Source: Lingula anatina (Eukaryota; Animalia; Brachiopoda). From it: a stretch of 64,000 nt of DNA. The notes beneath the pieces were generated by a model. That model was not told where the DNA came from. It worked only from the letters and a program-made list of their open reading frames with translations, and did not search any database. The translations under genes were made by a program, and so were the position numbers. This document shows, piece after piece, positions 12,401-28,972 of the stretch. Positions within the stretch are counted from its first letter, which is position 1, and each line of letters opens with the position of its first letter. The stretch is taken from assembly GCA_051362555.1 (NCBI GenBank), contig CM120642.1, forward strand, positions 22,940,001 through 23,004,000, read 5' to 3'.

Positions 12401-14438
12401 CAGTAATTATATATAAAGGACCCAGGCATTGTCTTAGATATCGAGGGAACGGGGACCTGAGGGTGAGCTACTCTTTACAATTTTGGGAAGTGCAACAATA
12501 TGCCATGGCTACCCATCAACACCATCCAACTTCTGGTTGTTTTCATGAAATTTTTGAAATCTTAGTTTGCCTTGGTAAATACATACAGAGACAGTTGTAA
12601 AAGCTTGATAGCTTTTAACATAAAAAGAATGACCCATTTAGAACCCCACTTTAATTTCTAACAGTAATAGTTTATTTAATGAAGTGTTGTATTTCAGCTT
12701 CCTTTGTCTTGTTTCAGAAAGGAGACAGAATGGATTGTTGTGTACCCAGCAGATGTCGTGTTATTTGAAGGCATTTTAGTATTTTATTGTAAACAAATCA
12801 GAGAGATGTTTGACATGAAGCTATTTGTGGACACAGATCCAGACACGCGGCTTTCACGTAGAGGTGGGTTACAAAAGTTAATGTCATTGGTCCTATTCAG
12901 AATGTGAAGATCTGAGTGCTAACTGGCCATGGCATAAATATGGCGGACCCTAAAATGAAGACCGCTTAAACCTGTAATGGTCTGTCCGCCTCTCACACAC
13001 CTTCCCACGTGTTCCCTGCAGGGGCACATCAATTCAATATCAACTCCAATTGACCAGAGGCGTGGGGAGGCATGTGAGAGGTGGAGAGATCATTATAGGA
13101 TTAAGCGGTCTTCCTTTCATGTAGGGTCCGCCATATTTGAGCGTTGGACCAGTTGATACTCAGATCTTCTATTCTGAATGGCCCCATTGTTTTAAGTATG
13201 CAAAGGTTATTTCTTTCAAAACTTATTTCTTTTTTGCACAAAGTGGCTTTCAGTAAAAGCACACTGGGTGCAGTATTCAAGAAATCTTTGTATAATTTGG
13301 AAATTGTTCTAGGAAATGAATTTTCTGATTGTCATTTGATACCTTGCCTTTTGGTTATTTGACAATAGGACCACAGTTAAAATTAGTCAGGTACAGGTAC
13401 TTAGCTCTTATCTTTAGATTGAATTGTATTATAGGGCGAAAATATGATAATAAAATTGTACCCTTATATTCTAGTTCTGAGAGATACCATAGAACTTGGC
13501 CGAGACTTAGAGAAAGTTCTCAGCACTTACATTGTCTTTGTGAAGCCAGCATTTGAAGAGTTCTGTTTACCAGTAGGTATAATTTTCTTCAATTGATCAT
13601 GTAGTTCAAACTTCTTATATTGAAACATTATTTTTTTAGATTTTTTCATTTTAGTTTCTCATCAAAAATATAGACTGGGACTGTGTGCTAAAATGGATAA
13701 AATTCTAAAAATGTTAGTTAAAAACTTGTTTAGTTTTGTCAAATGTTGTCAGTCAATGTATATTTTTTAACTGAAAGCTGTGAGTTGATCATTTACCTTT
13801 TCTTTTATGTTTAAGTACTCAAAATGCATACATAAATTTTTCTTGCTGAAAAAATACTTTGTCTAAAAAACATACTACAATATTTTTACCATTTTCGTTT
13901 ATTTTAGACAAAAAAGTATGCTGATATTATTATACCAAGAGGTGCAGATAACTTAGGTATGAACATACATATTACCGGTACAGGCTTAAAAAGTTTTTTG
14001 AAACATTTGTAATTGATTAGACAGGAATAAAAAAACACTGCTTAGACAGGAATAAAAAAACACTGCTTTTGATTATAATTGAAAAACGGTGGTGCTCATT
14101 TTGTCCATTTTACAAAAAAAAAAAAGTGTAAAATAATCATTTTAAAGATTTTAAATGCATGTTATAAGTATGACATGGCATTTTTAAATTGGATGCAAAC
14201 AGCAATTACAAACTGCCATTTCCACAGACTGCTTTATTGCCTTAACAGTTTTTGCTCTAATATCTTAATATTTATCATAATTTTTCACAATGTTTTTTTC
14301 ATTTCAGTTGCTATTGACCTTATAGTGCAGCACATACAGGATATATTACACCCTAATCCAGAGGCCCACCAGCGCGCAGAGCGTGTGCAAAGGACTAGAC
14401 ATAACTCGGAGTCTGGGGTGGTGGCCAGGCCACATTGA
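9495..14438 (+). CDS. UCK2: Uridine-cytidine kinase (UCK1/2 family), complete, 7 exons
   Basis: Exons 9495-9614, 10627-10786, 11292-11388, 12718-12863, 13475-13572, 13908-13956, 14308-14438. Motifs [15 protein letters not shown] (P-loop), [61 protein letters not shown]. Confidence 0.95.
11503..11675. mobile_element. Small MITE in UCK intron 3
   Basis: TIR CTGGGGTATCGCTA / TAGCTCTACCCCAG, flanked by direct TCAAC on both sides. Confidence 0.55.
12936..13138. mobile_element. Foldback MITE in UCK intron 4
   Basis: Imperfect ~75-bp inverted arms, AAATATGGCGGACCCT... / ...AGGGTCCGCCATATTT. Confidence 0.7.
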
Positions 14439-15921
14439 GGCAATAATGTGGACATGGGATGAACTTGGTTTAACAAATTCGAACATGACATTACTAAATG
14501 TATGGGCTCCTGTGGGCATTTAAAAGTGTCAACACAAGGTTGTTTTGTTTTTGATACATGAAAATTAGAAGGAAGTTAACAAGATGAATTTGCCTAAATT
14601 TGTTCAACAAAATGGTGAAAACAGACCTGTGCCAAAACGTGTCCAAAATGTGGTTTCTCCAGTATTACAAAATCTCTCCTGAGGTTTCAGAATTGTGTTA
14701 AATAACTGAATCATGGTGGGAAATTTGACAATGAAATGCAGGGAGTTTGAAAACCGGTCCATGGCTGTGTGTCTATAAATATTTCCATCTGTACAAAGTG
14801 AAACCCGGAATGAATCTCATAAAAGTATTTTTGTTGAAATATTTATGTACATCACTCCATTACTCTATCAGAAGTGCTGTGTGGAAAAGTTAAAAAACAA
14901 GGAAATTATTAATGTTAATCTGTATACAGAATCAGAGGTCAGTGTATTAACCCCCCTCCTCCCACTTTTCAAAGTTATTTCAGCTGGAAAACTTTCCCCT
15001 TTAGCACAGATTCTGCCCTGAATCTGACTATTTTGTTGTTGCACTTGTAAACATGGATAAATTAAAGCTATTCATATTTATGCTTGTTTTTATGAATGCA
15101 CGACTGGTGCACAAAATAAAAAGGCAGCTAATAATTGAAAAAGCAAATGTGGAGGCATTCAATGCCCATATTGTAAAGAATTTCAATTTTGGGTAAATTT
15201 GTGCATTGTAAAGTGTCATGCTGCGGTCACAAGTTACTGTCATTCACTTAGTGCAGCATTTATTTATTTATTGCTAATTATAATTCTGTTAGACAATATT
15301 ATATAATCTGGAAGACATGGCAGTAAAAATACAAGAACGTCACTTAAGTGGTGAAAGAAGAAAATTTCCTATCATCACCTACAATAATTTGATAGAGATG
15401 GAAAGTTGTTACACTTGATCAGTCATACACCTTTTATATGAAGTTAGAGTTTTAAAGTGTTAATATTAGTAGTGATTTTGTTACTTTTATGTAATTTTTA
15501 AATTACCATGCAGTATGCACATGTACCATAAGATATGAAAATTAAGGATAATTAAATAGTATTTAAATAAATTAAAAGAATAAAATTATAACCATCAACC
15601 GTTACTTTTAGCTGACTTTCTCACGTTGCTTTCAGTCAGCACATTTCACATAAATTCAACAATCATTCACCAGTGACGAAGACTAAAAATATAGAAGTCA
15701 ATTCTTGCCCAATATGGACCCTTTAAAGTGTTTTTAAAAAACTTAACGATGATGTTTTATTTGATCTCATGATATTGTAAAAATTGATTTCTTGTGTTGT
15801 TATCAAATCAGCAATTTTTTTAATGTAAAAATTTTCTAGCACATTGCTGAAGTTCACGAGACCAGCCCCCATGTTTGGTTTAGCACTGCGAGTAGTGACA
15901 TCTATAGGTCGTGCCAGTAAA

Positions 15922-15932
15922 GGGGAATCCCC
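15922..15932. promoter_or_regulatory. NF-kB site upstream of DTX3L-like gene A
   Basis: GGGGAATCCCC, a canonical kB motif about 130 bp before the putative first splice donor at 16062. Confidence 0.55.
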
Positions 15933-16167
15933 GAGACCAGTGCACCGAGACGGAATTGCGGGCGTAAAACAGCTCGATTTGACAGGCTTAAACCTTGCTA
16001 ACGAAAACATATCGACAAACTTGATTGCCAACGAAGGAGATCAAAGTCGATAAATCAAATGGTAAGTCACATGCGGAGTAACTGGGGATCATTCCGTTAA
16101 TCAAGCCAAGGACAGAATCTATATTTTGGGTCCTAGATCAAGCCGAGAGAACGCCAGATATGAAACT

Positions 16168-16180
16168 ACTTTCGGTTTCG
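16168..16180. promoter_or_regulatory. ISRE/IRF-binding element at the start of intron 1 of gene A
   Basis: ACTTTCGGTTTCG (reverse complement CGAAACCGAAAGT) fits the IRF consensus GAAANNGAAA. Confidence 0.5.
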
Positions 16181-16787
16181 ATTGGGTTGTAAAACTTCTA
16201 ATGGGAGACGTTCTTTACTTATTGTTGTCATCCACATGGTCTGGTTTTATGATATTTTATGAACTTTGGTGTCATCAAGTTGACATATAAACCCGAGTTA
16301 AACCGTTTGAACTGTTAATTTCTCTCCCAATGCCGGGATACATGCACATTGGCATCGCGTGACAAGGGTATCGCGTGGCATCAAGACTCTTAGAGCATCA
16401 ACTCGCTTCCATGGTGTGTAGAAAAATAACATTCAATAAAATAACTATATGTGTGCACTAACATATCTGCTCTAATAAGATGTTTATAGCATGTAGAAGG
16501 ATGCAATTACCTGTAAAAACTTTCAATTTTTCCCAATGCTCCTCTACAGTAGCCTACTGTATGAAGGTGCATCTCGCCCTCTGAACCCTCTTTTATTTAT
16601 TTATTTTGAGAAGGCGATTTAAGAGCAGAAAAGCAACAGCGTTAATTAAATTTTTCATGGAGTTAGTTGTCATTTTCGCCAACTCACCAAGCCATTACTG
16701 AATGTAGATTTTTATTTGAAAAAAAAAAGATACGGTTGGAAAAATCCCATTTCCTCAAAATAAGGGTTTGTCACGCTTGTTATCCAA

Positions 16788-17002
16788 GACTGCATTCCCA
16801 CAGATTTTAGATCGATCTATCCCCGTGGGGAGTCTCACTAGATTGGTGTCAGCTTAACCGGCTTAAATGTCTGTCCCGCCTACTAAAAGCTGTAAGGGGG
16901 TAATTAACTATAGTGCGCGCTCGGCTGACAGCAATTTAGCATGAACCCCCAGGGAGTTAGGTCGATCCAGATGGATCGATCTAAATATGTGGGAATACAG
17001 TC
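16788..17002. mobile_element. MITE in intron 1 of gene A
   Basis: ~29-bp imperfect TIR GACTGCATTCCCACAGATTTTAGATCGATC / GATCGATCTAAATATGTGGGAATACAGTC; CAA on both flanks. Confidence 0.65.
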
Positions 17003-17091
17003 CAAGTTATTCATTTTGCCTGGTCTAAAAGAACAAAATTTTATTTCAGAATTGTATCCTGATATATACTGCATGCACACTACAATGAGGT

Positions 17092-20000
17092 ATGCCTCCG
17101 AAGAAAAAGAGAGGGGCTAAAAGCCAAGGAAAATCGCATAATGAACAGACACTGGCAAATTTTTCTTCAGATGAGGACGAAAATACCGACCACGACACCT
17201 TACAGAGAAAACCGCCTGGACGTATTCTTAAATTTGGATCATATTTTGTATCCTCAGCTACAATCTTTGTCGGCTATATAGGTATTCCACTCACAGCCAT
17301 ATACACAAAATTGTTAGCTCTACAACGTTTTGAGCGTGACATGTGTTTAAATATTTGGAGAAGAATAACAGGTCCATGTGGGAAACGAAACCAGGCGGCT
17401 TCACAAAATTCCAGTCAACCGTGTCTATCTCCACCAGTGAGTTCTGGTAGAGGCAAAACACCAGCAAAGAGTTCCTCTTATTCACGGCGGCAAGACAAAG
17501 GGAGAAAAAAGCAGAAATCTCCACCACTCGATCAGTCAGGTCCACCAGGGAGCGAACATCATACGCCTTCTAAGAATAACTTTCTACCATCGCCACGAGG
17601 AGGGTCTCGGCACAAAGAGTCAGGAGCGTTTGCAAGAGGCCCGACATACGATCTTGACAACAAATATGAAACAGTCGACCGCCAGCAAGAGAAAACGTTA
17701 ACAGTACCTGAGATCGACCTTGATTACATGAGAAAAACTTTCCCGGGAGAGATTACCAAAATCGAAAACGACTGGGGTGTCAAATTCGTTGTCATCGATG
17801 GACAACTTTTTGCACAGACGACTGAAACTGAGGAAGCAGCAGTAAAATATCACCGGAAGAATGAAGCACTAGAGGATTTTACGACCTTATATCAAAAAGA
17901 AATGTACATGACAAATATCAGGCATGCCACGTTAAAAGATAAAAGCGGACGCCTATCCTTTAGGATATCCAAAAAGTACAAGCGTGTCTGTGTTCGGCCG
18001 ACCAAAAATAGCAGTGAAGTAGAAGTTGTGGGCCCGGAAGATCAGGTATGCGAAGTTGAGAGGGAATTTGGAGATTCTGACCGTCAAGTGGATCGTCAGG
18101 GTCCGTCCGTTCGAGAAGTTGAACCACATTCAGTCGAACTATCTTCAATTTCGTCTAGAGATTCAACTGGAAGACAAGAAGCATTCCATTACACTTTTCC
18201 CACTGGCACAAAACTGACGATCAAAGTTGCGGATATTACCAAGGAAAACACAGATGCCATTGTCAATGCAGCAAATGAGCACCTTCGTCACGGAGGAGGC
18301 GTGGCTGCGGCTATCTCGCGAGCGGCAGGGCGAAGTTTTCAAAAAGACTCGGAAGATGCCATTCGCCAGCACGGTCCCATACCTCTTGGTGGAGTGGTAA
18401 CAACACGTGCTGGAGATCTTCCCTGCAGTTACGTTATTCACGTGGTCGGGCCGACCGTAAAGACCCCTAACTACCAGCTGGAGCTCCAAAGTGCAGTGGG
18501 AAATGTGCTAGATGAGTGCCGCCGCCTGAAAGTTTCAACTGTTGCAATGCCTGCTATCAGCACAGGTTAGTATACTGTGATAGCATAGGCCTGCTATATT
18601 TCCAGGTGCACGGGACAAATTAATTGTCGCGCAATACTCCATTTTAAGCACTTAGATCGTGTCTTCTCCTCAATGTCTAATATCAGTTCTGCCTTTTTAG
18701 CCATTAGCCGCTGTATCAAAATGTATGTATGTTTGTTTTTTAATTTCGTTTTTTTTAGCTTTGGCTTAGATTGAATAAATTGAAAATATTATATGTGAAA
18801 TTGAAAAAATTGCCTAAGATGAATAAATGGTAACCTGGAATATTTAGCTAATGGGACCTTAATTTGTAATAGTTACAAAAACTTACTATGTTTAGTTGTT
18901 ATCACATTTATTTATTTTGCTTTTCCAGGAATATTTGGAGTCCCAAAACATGAGGGCGCACTGTCTATGGTGCGGGCAATACAGGACAAACTTCGTGGAA
19001 AATCACTCAGCCTTAGAGAAATCAGAGTAGTTGATAAAGATTATAGGACAATCGTCGCCTTTGCTGAAGTGTTCAGGAGAGAGTTACAAACCATGGGTAA
19101 CTACTACCTGGACCACGAGGAAAACAACGCAAGTTTCCTTAAAGAGAGAAGGTCCAAAAAGCATTCACATTCGGGTGCGACCGTGGGCAGTGTGGTGACC
19201 GATGGCTATAATAAAGAGAGAACATCATCAGTACAACGACCCCCAGAACATCCCTTAGACCATCATGGCGGTCCCAGTCAGGTTACAGTGCAGATAGAGG
19301 CGGAGGATGACAATTGCCCGATATGTATGGACACCTTCACTCGGAAAGCAACACTGGACCGTTGCAGACATAGCTTTTGCGAGGTGAGGCACGTAAAACC
19401 ATGATGTTATTCTACGGGTTAATATGATCCTTACTGTTTACTTTTTCTCCCTGTTCCTGTTATGTACCCTTGTCTTCTATATCGTACAGTGGTGCAAATT
19501 AAAGTAATACTGAGTTATTTTTATATATGTTACTTTCCCCAGGAATTTTGGACCCTCTACCGGAGAGTTTCTTTCGCTAAATTTCTATAGGTATCTTTCT
19601 GGCTGATCACTAGCTGTTCACATATCCGTTTGTCAGATGCATATGAAGATTTTTGCACAGCAACACGTCATCACGCAGGCCTCTGGCAGAGAGAGTTAAG
19701 GAATTTTGTAAGGCAGAAGCGATCAGTAGATCAACCAAACGATTAAAAACACTTCCTTGGCAGTGAAAGTTGAACATTTTGTATTCATATGTAATCAACA
19801 CTCGAAAAAAGACACTTCTTAACTTAAAAGCATTTTAATGTTATAACATTCCAGGAATGCCTAGACAGGGCACTTGCTGTACAAAACAAGTGTCCGATCT
19901 GTGGAGATCTGCTGGGGGAGCAGCGAGGGAACCAACCCAACGGGTATATAGACTTTAGCTTCGACCAGGAGTCTTTGCCAGGCTACGAGGGCTACAAGAC

Positions 20001-20742
20001 AATCGTTATCTACATTAAATTTCCCGACGGGATTCAACAGGTACTCATAGTAAAGCGGTTCAATGCGACAATAATATTCCGACGGCGCTTTTGCTGGTGG
20101 CTACCAGATGATAACGCTGTAGAGTGTAGACATAATGGACACGTTACAAACAAAGCGCAGCAATGCTGTCTTGAGTTGCAATTATTATTATTATTTTCTA
20201 GGAGGATCACCCCCATCCAGGTTATCCATACAAAGGCACCAGGCGTACGGCTTTCTTACCTGATACCGCTGAGGGCCGTGAAGTCAAAGAGCTTTTAAGG
20301 AGGGCATTCGCTGCCAAACTCCTGTTCACTGTGGGTCGGTCTGTCACCACTGGGAAAGACGACACCGTGGTGTGGAATGATGTGCACTTTAAGACGAATC
20401 GTACTGGAGGACCACAGAGGTTTGTTCATGTTTGTAGTTGAACTTTTTTGATAATTCCCAGTTTACTCCAAGAGTCTGAGTCTGAGTCTTTTTTAAATTT
20501 TATTTACACGAACTTAATCTTACCATTTAGACAGGCCATTAAAACTTAGACCCTTCAGAAATGATCAACTGTCTGAAATGAATGGCAATCAGGGATTACT
20601 TTAGTTTCTCTAACTCGTAGATCGCCGTGTCTTATCGTATATTGTATTAATTTTACTATGTTTACTATTTAGGTATGGTTATCCAGACCCAACTTATTTG
20701 TCAAGAGTAAAAGAAGAGCTGGCTGCTAAGGGTATAAAGTAA
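17092..20742 (+). CDS. DTX3L: Macrodomain-RING-DTC E3 ubiquitin ligase, DTX3L-like paralog A (800 aa)
   Basis: Exons 17092-18565, 18929-19383, 19855-20040, 20202-20419, 20673-20742 (2403 nt, in frame). Macrodomain [16 protein letters not shown]...PAISTG|IFG; RING CPICMD...CRHSFCEEC...CPIC; [60 protein letters not shown] probable upstream non-coding exon ends at 16061 and splices to 17050. The symbol denotes homology, not proven orthology. Confidence 0.9.
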
Positions 20743-21624
20743 CGGAAAAGTCCAAAGTACGCATCTTCAGGGCAGATACTAACTTTAATTCACTTATTGT
20801 CTAAAACTTCTTGCACGAAATGGACAATGGTTAAATGTATTATGTGTGTGACGAACAGAAGTTGAGAGAAAATATTTGGACTGGCTTCGGCTGTGTTCAT
20901 AATGAACCTGTGCATTTAAAGTTTTTTTTGTTTTGATTATTGATTGTTGTTGATTAAAGTAAAATCTGTTAAAGTTACCCCCACCCACCCCCGTCAATTC
21001 CATGAGCTGCTTATCTTGCAATTGTATGTTTTTATCTCTAAACTAATGTTCAATATTCCAAAGGCATAGACGACATTTCGTCCTGTTTCTAAATATATAT
21101 TGCAATTTCAACTGACAACTGTTTAAATATGTTACATTAAAACGTTTTAACTAAATACGTTGTGAAATAGATAATTATTAGCAAATTGAGATACTGGTAG
21201 AAGGAAGTGAACTGTGCATCATGGGAGTTGTACTTCGTAAGTTGTGCTACATTAAACATATCAATTAAACTTTAAGTTCCTTAGTAATATATATAATTTT
21301 TGCCAATACATGGTATCCAAATTGAAATAGACAAACGTAAACTGCTATGAAGCACTGCAACCAGTAATTTTATTAGGTGCATTTTGTAAATTCTGCGTCG
21401 TCTTTATCAATTATGTTTAATGTGTTATGTCGTAGATGTTATTATATCGTGTGAAATACTGATCAATAGCGAAATTAACAAATAGTACAATCTATTACAG
21501 CATATTTTTTGTTTGTTTTGTATATTAGGCGTGTACTAGAGAGAAAGAGAGAGAGAGAGAAAGGGAGGGGGGCTTTCAGGAAAAACAAAACTTCGACAAA
21601 GGAAGCGAGACACATGACTACTAA

Positions 21625-21920
21625 GGCTTCGTTCACATGCATTGTCTATTTTCTAATTTCTATTTTCTATTTGCGCTATCTTATGATCACGGTCTGTGGC
21701 CTGAATATCCCGCCGCGTAATTACTGGCAGCGCGAGCCAGTTACTTATAGCTAAGATCTAATAAACAGTTTATTAGATCTTAGCTTATAGTAACTTATAT
21801 AACTGGCTCGCGCTGCCAGTAATTACGCCGCGGGATATTCAGGCCACAGACCGTGATCATAAGACATACCGAAAATAGAAAATAGAATTTAGAAAATAGA
21901 CATTGCATGTGAACGAAGCC
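21625..21920. mobile_element. PIF/Harbinger-type palindromic MITE
   Basis: Almost wholly self-complementary; TIR GGCTTCGTTCACATGC; TAA target duplication at 21622-21624 and 21921-21923. Confidence 0.85.
21751..21783. mobile_element. 33-bp palindromic micro-insertion with 7-bp target-site duplication
   Basis: CTAAGATCTAATAAAC-A-GTTTATTAGATCTTAG, flanked by CTTATAG at 21744-21750 and 21784-21790. Confidence 0.6.
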
Positions 21921-23914
21921 TAAGACCTCGGTCCATGACACTGTATATTTTAAAGCCTTATCTAAATACACAGTTGGTTTAAAGAAGAGGACACAGGGCC
22001 TATTACCTTTTTCTCTGCTTCCTGAAAACTGATGTGATTAAGAAAGAAAAGAAAAAGAAAAGTACCGGGGGAGGGAAGTATTTACTTTTGTTTCTTTTTC
22101 CCCAATTTCTGTAAATGAACATTTTTGTCCATGTTCTTCCAACGTATTTTCTATAGGTGGTAGGCAAGTCTTGAAGACAAGTGTCAGGAGGACGGGAGGG
22201 AGCCTCACAACAATTAAAAAGGGGGCGCAATTTGCGAGCACTTTATTCATAAAACGTCCAAACAGAAAACGAATGGAAAAAAAACTGGACTAAATCTACA
22301 ATCTCAGCCCTGCATGTCGCTGGTTTTATGTTGTACATGGAACCCAATACGACTCTTCGAGTTATCTTTTTAACAAAAATCAAGTAAAAAAGTACATGGC
22401 ATAAAATTAGAAAATGACCATTAGGTGACGTTCAGGTAGAGCTCTGTGCAAGGCCTACTACTGTTTTTTTTTATGTACAGTAAACCATTACAAAATTACA
22501 AACAAATGTACCTCCTTGGCGGAGTTAATAGAAATCAATTTTCTATTTCTAGAGTCCCTCTCGTAATGGAAGACTGACGAATTTCAATCGTGACCGCTAA
22601 AATTTGAAATTTTAAATTTAGACACGAGTTTACATATTGGACTTATCTCAGCGGTTTTGGATGAGGGTAAAAATTGCTGATAAAGGGAAAGCTGCTGAAT
22701 TTTCCAAAATTTCTCTTTATAAAGGTCTAATGCGTACTGCATGCTCTTAGCTTAATTTTTCAAAAATTGTTTAGTAGTTGAAAGAGAGTGAAATAATTTC
22801 ATTTGCTGGGCTCAAACTGATGACTGAGGTACTCAAAAATTTAAAATTCAAATTGACATTAGGGAAATTATTAACTTATCAATGTGATCTTGACCATTTA
22901 TCATTTCATTGTATAAAAGAATTAGTTCACTCACAAGACCAAAAGATTGAGGTTACTTTTATATCTTTATAAATTTTACAATTTCTCTTTAGGGCATAAA
23001 GGATTTTAATCTTTAAAATGTACAAAAAGACACGAATAAAATTTCACTATCGCTAAAATATTTGAGTAAACTTTTATAACCCCAAAATGACCTTTTGAGC
23101 TCATCACTTTTGTCTTGCAATAAAAAAGTCAAAACAAGCTTTTAAGTGATTTTTCTGCACTAGTGATTTTCCATAAAACTCACATTATTCATATTATTTA
23201 TATTAGAATACCTTGCTGCATTCCCAAAGAATACCGCATACAGTACCTTTGCCGCGGAAATTGACGTCGGCCTATCACGGTACCTACGATCTTACGATCT
23301 TTTTAAATTAAAATTCGAAGTCCAACCGCTTACTAAAGAACAATATGCCAATAGCGAGAATTCTATACGGATTATACCACAGCATTTCCTCTGTTGACTA
23401 TTTCCCAGGCAAAACTTCGACTCCCACTACTAATACTACTAAGGGTGTTAAAAATATATTTAACTTACGGTGAAACTACTTTTTTTTTCCTTTCCAAGAG
23501 ATGTCAAATGCTGAAGGAAATATTGAGGAAGAAATTGAGACACAAGTTAGTTATCGTCAAATGCCTAACATAAATAAGTCTAGAATTTTATATGCTCAAT
23601 CGGTTGAAACTAAAACATCCGTATCCTTACCGTCTGGCATCCACTCCCTGGTCACCGAGAACTGATGAAGAAGTGACATCTCTTTCATGAGTGTTAGTCC
23701 AATTAAATTCATGGGGGAAGGCAGAAGGATGGAGTTGGCGCCCTTTTTATTTGACACTCACCATTTTCTAACAGAGGATCTTTATTTACAAGTTACTGAA
23801 ATGTGTACATAAGAAGCATTTATATTCAAATTCTTTCAAAATGCCCCAGCAGTAAAATTAAACCCAGATTACTGGCTTTGAGCAGTTTTTATTGTTTTAG
23901 ATGTAACACCCTGG

Positions 23915-23949
<35 letters not shown>

Positions 23950-24129
23950 TTTTTTTTTTGTGTGAAAAACGAACCAGTGAGAAACAGTTTTATACTCATA
24001 CGCGCCAGCTCTTGATTTTTTTTTTACTTTCACATACTATGAATATGCAGGATTTTCTGAATCAAAAACAGCACAAACTTTACGCCTTCTTGTTCGTCTT
24101 TAACCAAGCGCCCTCTATACTGAATTCGG

Positions 24130-24145
24130 TTGGGGAATTCCCCAA
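24130..24145. promoter_or_regulatory. Palindromic NF-kB site upstream of DTX3L-like gene B
   Basis: TTGGGGAATTCCCCAA, about 65 bp before the putative first donor GTAAGT at 24209. Confidence 0.55.
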
Positions 24146-24708
24146 TGAATACACTGGACTAGGACAAACGCTCGCTTCATTTATTCTAGATAAATCTTCT
24201 AGACAGCTGTAAGTATTCCAAAGTAGGCCTATACATACTTGAAACGACAATGCCAGGCTATATATAGTAGAGATTTGTTTCAAGTTATCTCTGAAGCTCA
24301 AGATGCTGTAGACTTGGCACGGACATCTTCCCGGGCTTCTACCCTTGATCCCTGTTATGTTTTCATTAAGCAGTGCAAGATTTTCAGAAGCGTTTCAAGT
24401 TGGTGGTCCAGTGGATTGCTAATGCAAGTAGGGTTTTTAGAAAGCCAAGTACACTGTACCTTCCAGTATCACCACGCTGCACACGAAGACGTACTTTTTG
24501 TTTCTTGTGTGTCATGCAGAAAAACAAAGGGTGTCGATTTATAAATTCCATGGGAATTGAAAAAAAAAGAGATACATTTGTAATTGGTGTGTTGGAATAT
24601 TTTATTTTCTTAACTAAGTTTATTCTTCGCTACTAGATCAATCAAAACTGAGCAAATTGTATATTTTATTGCTGGGGCGACTGCACAGAAAACTCATTCC
24701 GTCTCAAC

Positions 24709-28972
<4,264 letters not shown>

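Noticed and set aside
15723-16053. Overlapping ORFs of 102 and 69 aa
   Set aside because: No recognisable motifs; the region is better explained as the promoter and first exon of gene A.
22540-23340. Sequence with the texture of a non-autonomous DNA transposon
   Set aside because: I could not identify matching TIRs or a TSD.
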